Assembly (NCBI GenBank): GCA_015231345.1
Contig: JADGBV010000002.1
Location: 1-39,105, forward strand
Direction: 5' to 3'
Length of the DNA stretch: 39,105 nucleotides
Origin: Planctomycetota bacterium
GTDB lineage: Bacteria > Planctomycetota > JADGBV01
The first letter of the stretch is position 1, and every line of letters begins with the position of its first letter. The notes under the pieces are model-generated. The model was not told where the DNA came from, did no database searches, and worked only from the letters and a program-made list of their open reading frames with translations. The position numbers and the translations under genes were made by a program. Shown in pieces: positions 26,824-36,076 of the stretch.

Positions 26824-27978
26824 TCAATAGATCACTTTAAACCAGTTCAAGTTCCACCCTGCTCCAAGTGCTTCTATGCGCAAGGTGTGTTCGCCGGCTG
26901 GTAAGTCGATATATTGACTCACCGTATTCCATGTCTGCCAGCCACCGGTTGGAAGAGCGTCAATAGTGCCTAGAACTGTAGTGCCTGATATGAGATTAAA
27001 TTGCGCATTTTGACTATTCGCAGCATATCGGTAATCGATACGATATTCTCCGGCAACATCTACTACAATGTCGTATTCCATCCAGTCACCGGCATTGACC
27101 CAGCCAATATTCTTCCCACCGTCAATATCCTTGCAATTGTTATTGATTCCCACTCCGCTCATTGCCTTGTAATCTTCTGCTTCAAACAGAGAAGGAGTTA
27201 TTGGTGGCGGAGGTGTATTGCTGTCATCCTCGACGATTTCAAACCAGTTCAGATTCCAGCCCCCACCTACGACCTCAATGTGCAAGCTTATCTCACCAGC
27301 GGGCAAGGTTACAAAATGACTAGCCGTATCCCATATTTGCCAGCCACCGGTTGGGGCGGCGTCAATATTTCCAATAACTGTCGTTCCATACATCAGGTTA
27401 AGTCGCATATTATTTTTGTTAGCAGCATATCGGTAGTCGATACGAAACTCTCCTGCATGTTTGACTCGAATATTGTATTTCATCCAATCACCGGTATTTA
27501 TCGAACTAACCTTTTGCCCGCCGTCAATATCATCAGCTCCACTGATGATAACACCGCTCATTGTGTCGTAATTTTCGGCTTCAATTTTAGCTGGAACGGC
27601 CTCTGCGACCTCAACTACTTTAAACCAGTTTAGGTTCCAGCCTCCACCGTTTGCCTCTATGCGCAAGGTAGATTCTCCTGCAGGCAAAGCTACATAGTGA
27701 CTTGCCGTATTCCAGATTTGCCAACCACCGGTTGGGGCGGCGTCAAGACTTCCGAGTACCGTTGACCCTGATATGAGGTCCAGTTTTATGTTCTTTTGGT
27801 TAGCAGCATATCGGTAGTCGATGCGATACTCCTTAGCATAATTCACTTTAATGGTATATTCCATCCAGTCTCCGGCATCTACCCAGCCGATATTTTCTCC
27901 ACCATCAATGTCCTTACAACTGCTGGTTAGAATGCCGCTCATTGCTTCATAATTCTCAGCTTCAACAGTAAAAGGGAA
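26824..27978 (-). repeat. 3x CBM6-coding cassette, colinear with 21576-22730
   Basis: Both cassettes are 1155 bp with an internal unit start at the same offset (773 bp from the stop end), the same Pro-rich linker and a VIY* ending. Confidence 0.85.
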
Positions 27979-29952
27979 AGAAATTTTCTCTTCTATCGTG
28001 ATGCTTACTGTAGCTAGTTCAGAGTCCAGTTCGCCGTCATTCACCATAAAAGAGAACTCATCGCTGCCGGAATAGTCTGCATTTGGAGTGTATGTTAATG
28101 TTGGTGGATCCCCAGAGAGAACTCCATGAGCTGGAGTGGAAACAAGGATGTAAGTCATTTTGTTGCTGTCAACGTCACTGCTGGTTAACTCAATGATTTC
28201 CGGAGAGCTCCCTAAGATTGATATATTTTGTTCTTCAGCAACAGGAGCGTCGTTAACGCTTTTTACTTTGATGCTCACGGGAGCTACGTATAACATATCA
28301 CCATTACTATCTTTTGCTTCATATTCAAAAGAATCTTCACCAACGAAATTGTTATAGGGAGTGTAAGTCAAGTTGGGAGCCTCCCCTGATAAATTGCCCG
28401 ATGAAGGTTGTGACAATACTGTAAAAGTCCACCCTGTGCTATCGACAAGTTCATTTTCATTATCGAGCATGCCAAGAGTAATGCTTTTTGCAATATCTTC
28501 CTTGAGTTTAACGCGAACTTCTCCTGTTTCTCGACTGCGAATTGCCATCTCTGTTGCGATGGGATCTGAATCATTCAATTCAGCTAAGCGAACGAAAAGT
28601 TGTTGTTTTAATTCATTCACAGTGTCTGCATACAAAGGATTATCTATCTCATTTGTAAGTTCATATGGGTCATTTTCCAGGTCGTAAAGTTCAAACTCCG
28701 GTCGGTGGTGAAGTTTGTAAACTAAAGCCTCTTCTCTCTCAGTTTTAACAGGTAATATGGCCCATGAAGCTGCAGTATTAGGATTCTTAGGGATTTTGCC
28801 ATCATCAAGATAGTTAAGGGCGCCCCCAATGATTTGATTTGATGTACGCTCTGTATAATTAGCGTTGTAAATGAGAGAAAATGATTTATTACGAATAACA
28901 CGGATAGGGAAAACTCTGTTATCGTTTCCCGAAATATTACAGTTAGTAAAGGCTCCATACACATAATCATTAATGACTTGCTCCTCTCCCTTCATCATAT
29001 TCAGGAAGCTTTTTCCGTCACAGTCAATGGTTTCTACTGATCCGCCTGCAGCCTCAACTAATGTAGGTGTAATGTCAGTGATAGCAACTAGTTCATCTGA
29101 AACAGTCCCTGGTTGTGTTACACCAGACCAGTGAGCGATCAAACCGCTACGCAAACCATTCTCATAACAGGTCCATTTGGCGAAAGGAAGAGCTGTTCCT
29201 TGCTCTCCACAAACCATGAAAATTGTGTTTTCCCAAAGGTTTCGATTTTCTAGTTCAGCTCGAACTCGTCCAACCAACTCATCGAAGTTAGTGATTTCGG
29301 CGTAGTAATTGACCATTTCTGCACGGGTTTCTGGTGTGTCTACCCAGTAAGGAGGAACAATTAATTCCTCAGCATTATAAGCCGAAGGATCACCATCTTT
29401 GTATGGAAGGTGTGCATCATGAGATCCAATAAATAGACAGAATGGCTTTTCTTCGCCTTCAGCGGTGCATGAATCAAAAAGCTGAGAGGCTGCATCTAAA
29501 AATTTATCATTATCATCTGAAAGCTCACTACTTCCACTAATTTTTGTGAAGGGGTAAGAATCAGATGGGCCTACGTGACTTTTTCCTGTCAAAGCGACTT
29601 CATATCCCAAATCTTGGAGATAGTGAGCGATACTTTTGGTTCCTTCCGCAGAGTGGGAGTGATTGGATAACGTTCCGGTACGCCATGGTGTGCGTCCGCT
29701 GTAGAGTTCCTGTCTGTAAGGTGCACACATGGCAGTTGTGCAATATGCACGATCAAATTTCAGGCCATCATCTGCAAGTCTATCGATATTAGGCGTTTTG
29801 CAGTTAACGCCTCCATATGCTCCCCAGGTATCGCGGTTAATGTCGTCGCCAAGAACAAATACAATATTTGGTTGATACGCTGCTACAGTGGATGGTGCAC
29901 CTATAACAGCTCCCAGCATAAATAAAAATTTTACAAAACACTTAACATTCAT
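26824..29952 (-). CDS. Exported S1 sulfatase (type B) + two Ig-like/cadherin-like repeats + 3x CBM6
   Basis: PNIVFVLGDD, MCAPYRQELYSGR; LTYTP...G[ES]D[SE]F repeats and VNDAPVA; three CBM6 units. Confidence 0.92.
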   Translation of the reverse strand: MNVKCFVKFLFMLGAVIGAPSTVAAYQPNIVFVLGDDINRDTWGAYGGVNCKTPNIDRLADDGLKFDRAYCTTAMCAPYRQELYSGRTPWRTGTLSNHSHSAEGTKSIAHYLQDLGYEVALTGKSHVGPSDSYPFTKISGSSELSDDNDKFLDAASQLFDSCTAEGEEKPFCLFIGSHDAHLPYKDGDPSAYNAEELIVPPYWVDTPETRAEMVNYYAEITNFDELVGRVRAELENRNLWENTIFMVCGEQGTALPFAKWTCYENGLRSGLIAHWSGVTQPGTVSDELVAITDITPTLVEAAGGSVETIDCDGKSFLNMMKGEEQVINDYVYGAFTNCNISGNDNRVFPIRVIRNKSFSLIYNANYTERTSNQIIGGALNYLDDGKIPKNPNTAASWAILPVKTEREEALVYKLHHRPEFELYDLENDPYELTNEIDNPLYADTVNELKQQLFVRLAELNDSDPIATEMAIRSRETGEVRVKLKEDIAKSITLGMLDNENELVDSTGWTFTVLSQPSSGNLSGEAPNLTYTPYNNFVGEDSFEYEAKDSNGDMLYVAPVSIKVKSVNDAPVAEEQNISILGSSPEIIELTSSDVDSNKMTYILVSTPAHGVLSGDPPTLTYTPNADYSGSDEFSFMVNDGELDSELATVSITIEEKISFPFTVEAENYEAMSGILTSSCKDIDGGENIGWVDAGDWMEYTIKVNYAKEYRIDYRYAANQKNIKLDLISGSTVLGSLDAAPTGGWQIWNTASHYVALPAGESTLRIEANGGGWNLNWFKVVEVAEAVPAKIEAENYDTMSGVIISGADDIDGGQKVSSINTGDWMKYNIRVKHAGEFRIDYRYAANKNNMRLNLMYGTTVIGNIDAAPTGGWQIWDTASHFVTLPAGEISLHIEVVGGGWNLNWFEIVEDDSNTPPPPITPSLFEAEDYKAMSGVGINNNCKDIDGGKNIGWVNAGDWMEYDIVVDVAGEYRIDYRYAANSQNAQFNLISGTTVLGTIDALPTGGWQTWNTVSQYIDLPAGEHTLRIEALGAGWNLNWFKVIY

Positions 29953-30007
29953 AATACTTTTCCTCCATAATATAAAAATATTATACTAGAGGTCATTGGA
30001 GACTTTT

Positions 30008-30031
30008 CAATATGGCTATTCAGCCATATAG
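30008..30031. promoter_or_regulatory. Palindromic operator, copy 4
   Basis: CAATATGG-CTATTCAG-CCATATAG, 56 nt from the 29952 start. Confidence 0.8.
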
Positions 30032-30119
30032 TTATCCGTTTAACTACCTTTAATGCGGATTACTATCTTGTTTGATGCTGTGTCTGCTATTCTGCCAACC
30101 ACAGCATTCTATTAGCCGG

Positions 30120-31538
30120 TTATTTTTTATATGTGTTATGGAAATCTTCAAGGACTTCAGCCTCGTGCTCTTCCATTTTTTTGCTTAAGTGCATTGCGAT
30201 TTCCTTTTTCTCTTCAATCAGATTACGGCTTTCGGAAATATCGCTTTCTAGGTTATGCAGTTCACTTATATCTTTATGGGTTCTGAGTTTCCATTTGCCG
30301 TAGCGGACAGCTTCCACCTTTTTGCCTCTCCAGTAGTACAAGTATTCGTGGGGAGTCTTGGCTCCATTCTTGCCAGCCATCAGGTCGAAAATATTTTTGC
30401 CATCTATGGTGCGATCAACAGGGACCGTACAGTCAGCAAGAGTTGCTATGGTTGGTAGTAAATCCATAGTTGAACTGATTTCGCTACAAACTTTACCGGC
30501 TGGGATTTGGCCTGGCCAACGCATGAGACAGGGTACACGTTGTCCACCTTCCAAGGTATTGAACTTGTATCCTCTTAATGGTTTGGCGCACCCGCCTTTT
30601 TTGCCTAGATTCCAAGGGCCATTGTCGGAAGTGTAAATAAGTAGGGTGTTTTCGTCGAGTTGATTTTCTTTGAGGGCTTTCATTAAACGGCCTACGTTGA
30701 AATCGATTTCTTCGACCGTATCACCGTAAGGTCCCTGTTCACTTTTGCCTCTGAATTTCTCAGTGGCATAAAGGGGAATGTGAGGCATGGTGTGGGCCAG
30801 ATAGAGGAAGAAGGGTTTATTCTTATTGTTTTCGATAAAGCGTATGGCTTCATCGGTGTAGCGTTTGGTGAGAGTGCTTTGATCTGCTGGAAATTCGATG
30901 ACTTCTTCATTCCTCATAAGGGGTGAGCGACGCTTGTTTTCACCCTTGTTTGGGTAGTAAATGCCCTGATTGATTTTTTCTATGCTTGCTCCATCTCTAA
31001 GATTAACATCTTTGGAGAGGGTTGGGTTTTTAAAGAGGCTCATGTCATTGCTGTAGGGGATACCGAAATAACTATCGAAGCCATGTTGTGTGGGTAGGTA
31101 TTCTTTCTTATGGCCGATGTGCCACTTACCGACACATGCGGTGGCATATCCTTTTTGCTTAAGTAATTCTGCTATGGTGATTTCATTTTGGGGAAGCCCA
31201 TTCGTGCTTGTAGGAAAGAGAACGCCGGTAATACTGGTTCTTTGGGGGTATCGTCCGGTGAGTAGGGAGGCTCGTGAGGGAGAGCAGACCGAATTGGCCG
31301 AATAAAAATCGGTAAAGCGAGTGCCTTCTTTTGCAATTTTATCGAGATTGGGTGTCTTAATATTAGGAGAACCAAAAGAGCCTAAATCTTGGTAGCCTTG
31401 GTCATCAGTAAAAATAATAATGACATTGGGTTGGTCTGCTTTTGCTGTGCCAATTTGCGCGAAGCTGATGCCAGCAAGTAGAATGAGAAAGGCGGATTGT
31501 AGCTTGCTGCAGATGAATTTTAGCTTGTTTTTAGGCAT
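30120..31538 (-). CDS. Exported S1 sulfatase (type C, arylsulfatase-A-like); start moved to 31538
   Basis: GGGAG RBS before MPKNK; PNVIIIFTDDQG, VCSPSRASLLTGR, GKWHIG, GIPYSNDM, SDNGPW. Confidence 0.92.
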   Translation of the reverse strand: MPKNKLKFICSKLQSAFLILLAGISFAQIGTAKADQPNVIIIFTDDQGYQDLGSFGSPNIKTPNLDKIAKEGTRFTDFYSANSVCSPSRASLLTGRYPQRTSITGVLFPTSTNGLPQNEITIAELLKQKGYATACVGKWHIGHKKEYLPTQHGFDSYFGIPYSNDMSLFKNPTLSKDVNLRDGASIEKINQGIYYPNKGENKRRSPLMRNEEVIEFPADQSTLTKRYTDEAIRFIENNKNKPFFLYLAHTMPHIPLYATEKFRGKSEQGPYGDTVEEIDFNVGRLMKALKENQLDENTLLIYTSDNGPWNLGKKGGCAKPLRGYKFNTLEGGQRVPCLMRWPGQIPAGKVCSEISSTMDLLPTIATLADCTVPVDRTIDGKNIFDLMAGKNGAKTPHEYLYYWRGKKVEAVRYGKWKLRTHKDISELHNLESDISESRNLIEEKKEIAMHLSKKMEEHEAEVLEDFHNTYKK

Positions 31539-31720
31539 TTTGGGGCTCCCAGTATGATATAAATTTACTGTCTTATACGCTGTTTCTAGAGATTCTGGAC
31601 AAAAAAAACTGAACATGAGAAATTTACCTCTCTTTTCAGTTTGCTTGCATTTTTTGGCATTTAAGAGTTTTGCTGCGTTATTGACCTATTCCTGGTAGGA
31701 AAGGACTTAGATCGCCATGA

Positions 31721-33151
31721 TTACTTCTTTACTTTCCTTCCTTGCGGACGGTTTGGATTTAATAATTCAAGTGCCTTCTTTAAGCGATTGGCAATTTCAG
31801 GGTATTTGTCTATGATATTCTTGCTCTCACCAATATCTTCTTTCAAGTTATAGAGAGATGGACTATTTGTGTCTCTTTGAGTCTTCTTTGTTACAAATTT
31901 CTCTACTTTATGATATTTCCAATCACCACTTCGAACAGCCCTTTGGCCATAGAAGAAATATTTATGAGGAGAAACAGCATCTTTGACTCCCATGAGTAAA
32001 TCCAAGATATTCTGTCCATCTAGTGCCATTTCTGGTAAATTTGCACCTGCAATTTGAGCAATAGTTGGATACAAATCCATGGAAGTTGCTATTTCATTGC
32101 AAATACTTCCTGCGGGAATCTTATTGGGCCATCGAACGATGGCGGGGACTCGTTGTCCTCCTTCAAAATTTGTCATTTTTCCTTCAAACAAAGGAAGTGC
32201 ACTTCCACCATTTTTGCCTTTAATCAACCAGGGGCCATTATCAGAGCTAAATATGACGATGGTGTCATCTGCTATTCCAAGCTCATCTAGGTGATCCAGA
32301 ATACGGCCGACATTGTAGTCTATTTCTTCTATGACATCGCCGTACAAACCACGTTGGCTTTTGCCCTTGAAATCTGGAGATGCAAAGAGAGGAGTGTGGG
32401 GCATGGAGTTAGCCAAGTAGAGAAAAAATGGATTTTTCTCTTTTACAGACTCAGAGATAAAAGTAATACTTTCGGAGGCAAATCTTTTAGTGATGGTTGA
32501 CTGGTCTGCAGGAAACTCGATCACTTCTTGGTTTTGCATCAGAGGGACCTTGTTATTAAAATTCTTAAGAGCTTTCTTGTCAGTTTTCAGAGCAGCAAAG
32601 GCTTTTTGCAATATTTCCTCCGACATGCCTTCACGCCATAGACAATCCTCTGCATATTTCGAAATGCGCGAGGGAGACATATCATTACTATAGGGGATAC
32701 CATAATATGAATCAAAACCTTGATTGGTTGGTAAAAATTTCACATCATCACCCAAATGCCATTTTCCTACAGCTTTAGTCTTATAGCCCACTGTTTTGAG
32801 AGTTTCGGCGATGGTCACATGCGCAGGGTTTAAGCCATTATTGCCCTTATTTGGAAAGAAAACGCCACCTACACCTACTCGTTGAGGGTAACACCCAGTG
32901 AGAAGAGCAGCCCGGGAAGGAGAGCATACGGAAGAGGCAACGTAGAAATCTGTAAATTTCATTCCCTCTTTGGCCATTTGATCCACTCGAGGTGTTTTGA
33001 TATCGGGAGAACCATAACATCCCAAGTCCTGATAGCCTTGGTCATCATTAAAAATAATGATGACGTTCGGCTGAATATCCCCATATGCTAATAATGAAGA
33101 CAGGCATAAAATAAGAATTGTTATCTGCTTGATGCTCTTTGATGTATGCAT
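31721..33151 (-). CDS. Exported S1 sulfatase (type C, arylsulfatase-A-like)
   Basis: PNVIIIFNDDQG, VCSPSRAALLTG, GKWHLG, GIPYSNDM, SDNGPW; signal peptide. Confidence 0.93.
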   Translation of the reverse strand: MHTSKSIKQITILILCLSSLLAYGDIQPNVIIIFNDDQGYQDLGCYGSPDIKTPRVDQMAKEGMKFTDFYVASSVCSPSRAALLTGCYPQRVGVGGVFFPNKGNNGLNPAHVTIAETLKTVGYKTKAVGKWHLGDDVKFLPTNQGFDSYYGIPYSNDMSPSRISKYAEDCLWREGMSEEILQKAFAALKTDKKALKNFNNKVPLMQNQEVIEFPADQSTITKRFASESITFISESVKEKNPFFLYLANSMPHTPLFASPDFKGKSQRGLYGDVIEEIDYNVGRILDHLDELGIADDTIVIFSSDNGPWLIKGKNGGSALPLFEGKMTNFEGGQRVPAIVRWPNKIPAGSICNEIATSMDLYPTIAQIAGANLPEMALDGQNILDLLMGVKDAVSPHKYFFYGQRAVRSGDWKYHKVEKFVTKKTQRDTNSPSLYNLKEDIGESKNIIDKYPEIANRLKKALELLNPNRPQGRKVKK

Positions 33152-33250
33152 GGGCTTTTTTATCCTATGATAAATACGGGGAAGGGGATTAGTCTAGAAA
33201 TGAACTCAACTTGTTTTGTCTTCATAGCTTATGTTGTATTTATCCATTAG

Positions 33251-33274
33251 CAATATGGTCAATTGGCCATATTG
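33251..33274. promoter_or_regulatory. Palindromic operator, copy 5 (between the sulfatase array and the two-component operon)
   Basis: CAATATGGTCAATTGGCCATATTG; 11 of 12 base pairs symmetric. Confidence 0.85.
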
Positions 33275-33428
33275 ATTTAAAGTGCATAATTTCATATATT
33301 AAAGCATGAGCAGAAGGATAATACTATAAGAAACAATCTCCCTGTCTCAAGAATTATATTTCGCTTTTTTTCATTTTTCATTATTATAATCTCATCTTTC
33401 TTATCCACAGCCCCTTCTTGATGGTGTT

Positions 33429-35381
33429 TTGAAAACGTCCACTTACATAGCCGGTCTTTCTACTTTATTCATTCTATGTGCCTTGGCACTGTATTGCCTC
33501 AAGTTTATAACACACTCCACAACCTCTCTTAAGCAGAGTATAGATATTATTCAGAGCGAGCTCGAGCAATTACCTCACGAAAGTCAGAACCACATACCCT
33601 GGACACTGGGGTACCGTAGTCTATCAGCCCCCACACCTGATAAATCCAATATTATTGAAATTACTTTCGCTAAAAAAGCTAAAGTTGATCTTATAGCCAT
33701 TATGCCGGCAACTTATACTACCAACGGAAGAAACCTCATGTCTTTTGGTTTTCCCGAAAATTTCATTCTCGAAGGCATTTGTGATGATGGAAGTACGACA
33801 TTAATCGCTGATTATGGCACAAGTCTCTACCCTACACCCGGGATAGAACCCCAATTATTCCCATGTTCTCGTGCAAAAATGATAAGTGGTTTGCGCTTAA
33901 CAGTCACCCACTACCCCAAGAATCCTACTTGGTGGGACTCTTCTCACGTCCTTGCTCTCAGTGAAATATATGCCTTTGAAGGCGAATGGAATGTTAGTCT
34001 AAATGGTGAAGTTAAGGCCAGCACGAGTAACGACTTCTACTATGTCTGGTCAGAGAAGTGTTTGGTGGACGGTTTTTCGATTTTTTCTCCCATTAATATA
34101 AAGTCCTTTTCTCCTCTAGGCAGCTCATTTACCCATAAAGAGACCTGCAAGTATATTTTCGATTATGGAAATGAAGTTGAAATTGACGAAATGAGATTAT
34201 GGCCTGTTATTCATTCCCTTCAGCATAATTACCCACCTGCGAGTGGCTTGGGTTTTCCTCTTGAATTTTCTCTGGAAGCATCAAGTTCAATTGATTTTAA
34301 CGATGCTCAAGTCATCTATGAAAGCCCAGAAAATTTCCCTAAACCAGGGGCGAACCCCTATATGTGTAAAGTCAAACCTACTGAAGCCAGGTATTATAGG
34401 TTGAACTTATCAGAAGGACTTATTGATCACCGAAGTGGATTTAAGAAAATAGAACTTGCAGAAGCTCAGCTGCTTCAGAAAGGAAAAGTGATGATCACAG
34501 ACTCTGAGGTACAAATGATAGCCGAAAATAAGAACAGAAAGAATATCAAAAGACAATATGCTGCAAATTTAACGGATGGTTATAGCAATGGCGGAATCAT
34601 TTTGCCACTAAGACTCTGGGTAGAGCAATTCACTCGACGAGTCCAACTTAAGAAACAAATGGGGAAACTGCAATTGGACTTACAATTGGCCCAAAGACAA
34701 GAGCGCGAACGTCTTCTATTCAGCATCATTGTTAGTATTACTCTTATTACCATTTTAATACTCGCTATCTGGCTGGTGCGATTGATTGCTGCTAGACAGT
34801 GGACTCAAATGCGCGAGCAAATAGCCAATGATCTTCATGATGAAATAGGCGCAAATATGAGCAGTGTAGCTCACTCCACTGAGCTGGTTCTTGAAAGTGT
34901 GACGCCTACCAAAAAGATACATGAACTTCTCAGTAATGTTATTCAAACAGCAAGGACCACTGCACAGCAAACGCGACAAATTATCCGTTTTCTCGAAAAA
35001 GATAACAAGAATAGTGATTTTATCGATGACCTAAAGCAAATATCTCCGCAGATTCTTGGGACTATCCCTAGTCACTTCTCCTTGCATGATACAAAATCCT
35101 TCAACTCACTTAGTATAAAAGCCCAATGGCATTTACTGCTTTTCTATAAAGAAGCATTAAATAATATCATAAAGCATGCCAAGTCCGAGAATGTAACAAT
35201 TACGACTAAAGCCGTTAAATCTCACCTTCAGATGACTGTTTCGGATGATGGCTGTGGCCTTCCAGATCCGGCACCTTCTTTACTTCATCTTGAAAAGAGG
35301 GCAAATGAGCTTAAAGGAAGACTTCAAATTGAAAGTCAACCTGGTCAGGGAACTCAAATCACTTTACTCTTTTCTCCTTAA
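33429..35381 (+). CDS. Membrane sensor histidine kinase (HisKA_3/NarX-like) with tandem discoidin/galactose-binding-like periplasmic domains
   Basis: TM1; FP..F.LE and ARYYRL...ELAE beta-sandwich patterns; coiled coil; TM2; IANDLHDEIG H-box, EALNNIIKHA, DDGCG, GQGT. TTG start. Confidence 0.88.
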   Translation: MKTSTYIAGLSTLFILCALALYCLKFITHSTTSLKQSIDIIQSELEQLPHESQNHIPWTLGYRSLSAPTPDKSNIIEITFAKKAKVDLIAIMPATYTTNGRNLMSFGFPENFILEGICDDGSTTLIADYGTSLYPTPGIEPQLFPCSRAKMISGLRLTVTHYPKNPTWWDSSHVLALSEIYAFEGEWNVSLNGEVKASTSNDFYYVWSEKCLVDGFSIFSPINIKSFSPLGSSFTHKETCKYIFDYGNEVEIDEMRLWPVIHSLQHNYPPASGLGFPLEFSLEASSSIDFNDAQVIYESPENFPKPGANPYMCKVKPTEARYYRLNLSEGLIDHRSGFKKIELAEAQLLQKGKVMITDSEVQMIAENKNRKNIKRQYAANLTDGYSNGGIILPLRLWVEQFTRRVQLKKQMGKLQLDLQLAQRQERERLLFSIIVSITLITILILAIWLVRLIAARQWTQMREQIANDLHDEIGANMSSVAHSTELVLESVTPTKKIHELLSNVIQTARTTAQQTRQIIRFLEKDNKNSDFIDDLKQISPQILGTIPSHFSLHDTKSFNSLSIKAQWHLLLFYKEALNNIIKHAKSENVTITTKAVKSHLQMTVSDDGCGLPDPAPSLLHLEKRANELKGRLQIESQPGQGTQITLLFSP

Positions 35382-35390
35382 ACTTATAGC

Positions 35391-36035
35391 ATGAGTGATC
35401 TTATCCGTATCATCATCGTTGAGGACAATGCTGCATACGCCAAATCCTTGCAAGACATTATCGAGCTTACAGATACTCTGACGTATATCCAGCATTATAG
35501 CAAGGGCGAGGACTGCCTTAAAGATTTACAAAGTGAGCACCCTCCTCAAGCAGATATTATTTTATTAGATTTGCATCTTCCTGGAAATAATGGACTTACC
35601 TTTGTACCAAGTTTTCAGCGATACGCGCCAAACTCACGCATTCTTGTATTAACACAGAACGATGATTATCATACCACTTTGGAAGCTATACGCCTTGGCG
35701 TATCTGGATACATACTTAAAGATGCCAAGTTGGATGAAATAAGAACAGCGATTCGCGATGTTCACCAGGGAGGCTGTGTGCTTGATCCGCAATTATCCAG
35801 GTTTGTTCTGAAAACCCTCACAAGCATACCAACTGAAAAGGAGAATCCTTTAAGTAAGCGTGAGGTGGAAGTGCTGGAGCTTTTAGCAATGGGCTATGTC
35901 AAAAAGGAGGTCGCTTCACAACTCGACCTAAGTTATCGAGCTGTAGCTCTGTATACCGAAAATATCTATAAAAAACTCCAAGTGCCAAATGTCGCTGCAG
36001 CCATTGCAACTGCGATACGTAAAGGGTTAATTTGA
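35391..36035 (+). CDS. NarL/FixJ (LuxR-HTH) response regulator
   Basis: IIIVEDN, ILLDLHLPG, GYILK and LSKREVEVLELLAMG...IYKKLQV. Confidence 0.95.
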   Translation: MSDLIRIIIVEDNAAYAKSLQDIIELTDTLTYIQHYSKGEDCLKDLQSEHPPQADIILLDLHLPGNNGLTFVPSFQRYAPNSRILVLTQNDDYHTTLEAIRLGVSGYILKDAKLDEIRTAIRDVHQGGCVLDPQLSRFVLKTLTSIPTEKENPLSKREVEVLELLAMGYVKKEVASQLDLSYRAVALYTENIYKKLQVPNVAAAIATAIRKGLI

Positions 36036-36076
36036 TTGAGTGTCATAATGAAAATAAATTGCCTGAAAAAAAATCT

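Noticed and set aside
27001-27633. 210-aa plus-strand ORF and other short antisense ORFs in the sulfatase genes
   Set aside because: Antisense shadows of well-supported CDSs with no recognisable motifs.
21576-27978. Regularly spaced repeats as a CRISPR array or DGR template/variable pair
   Set aside because: Units are about 380-390 bp in-frame CBM6 domains; no cas or reverse transcriptase gene and no evident adenine-restricted differences.
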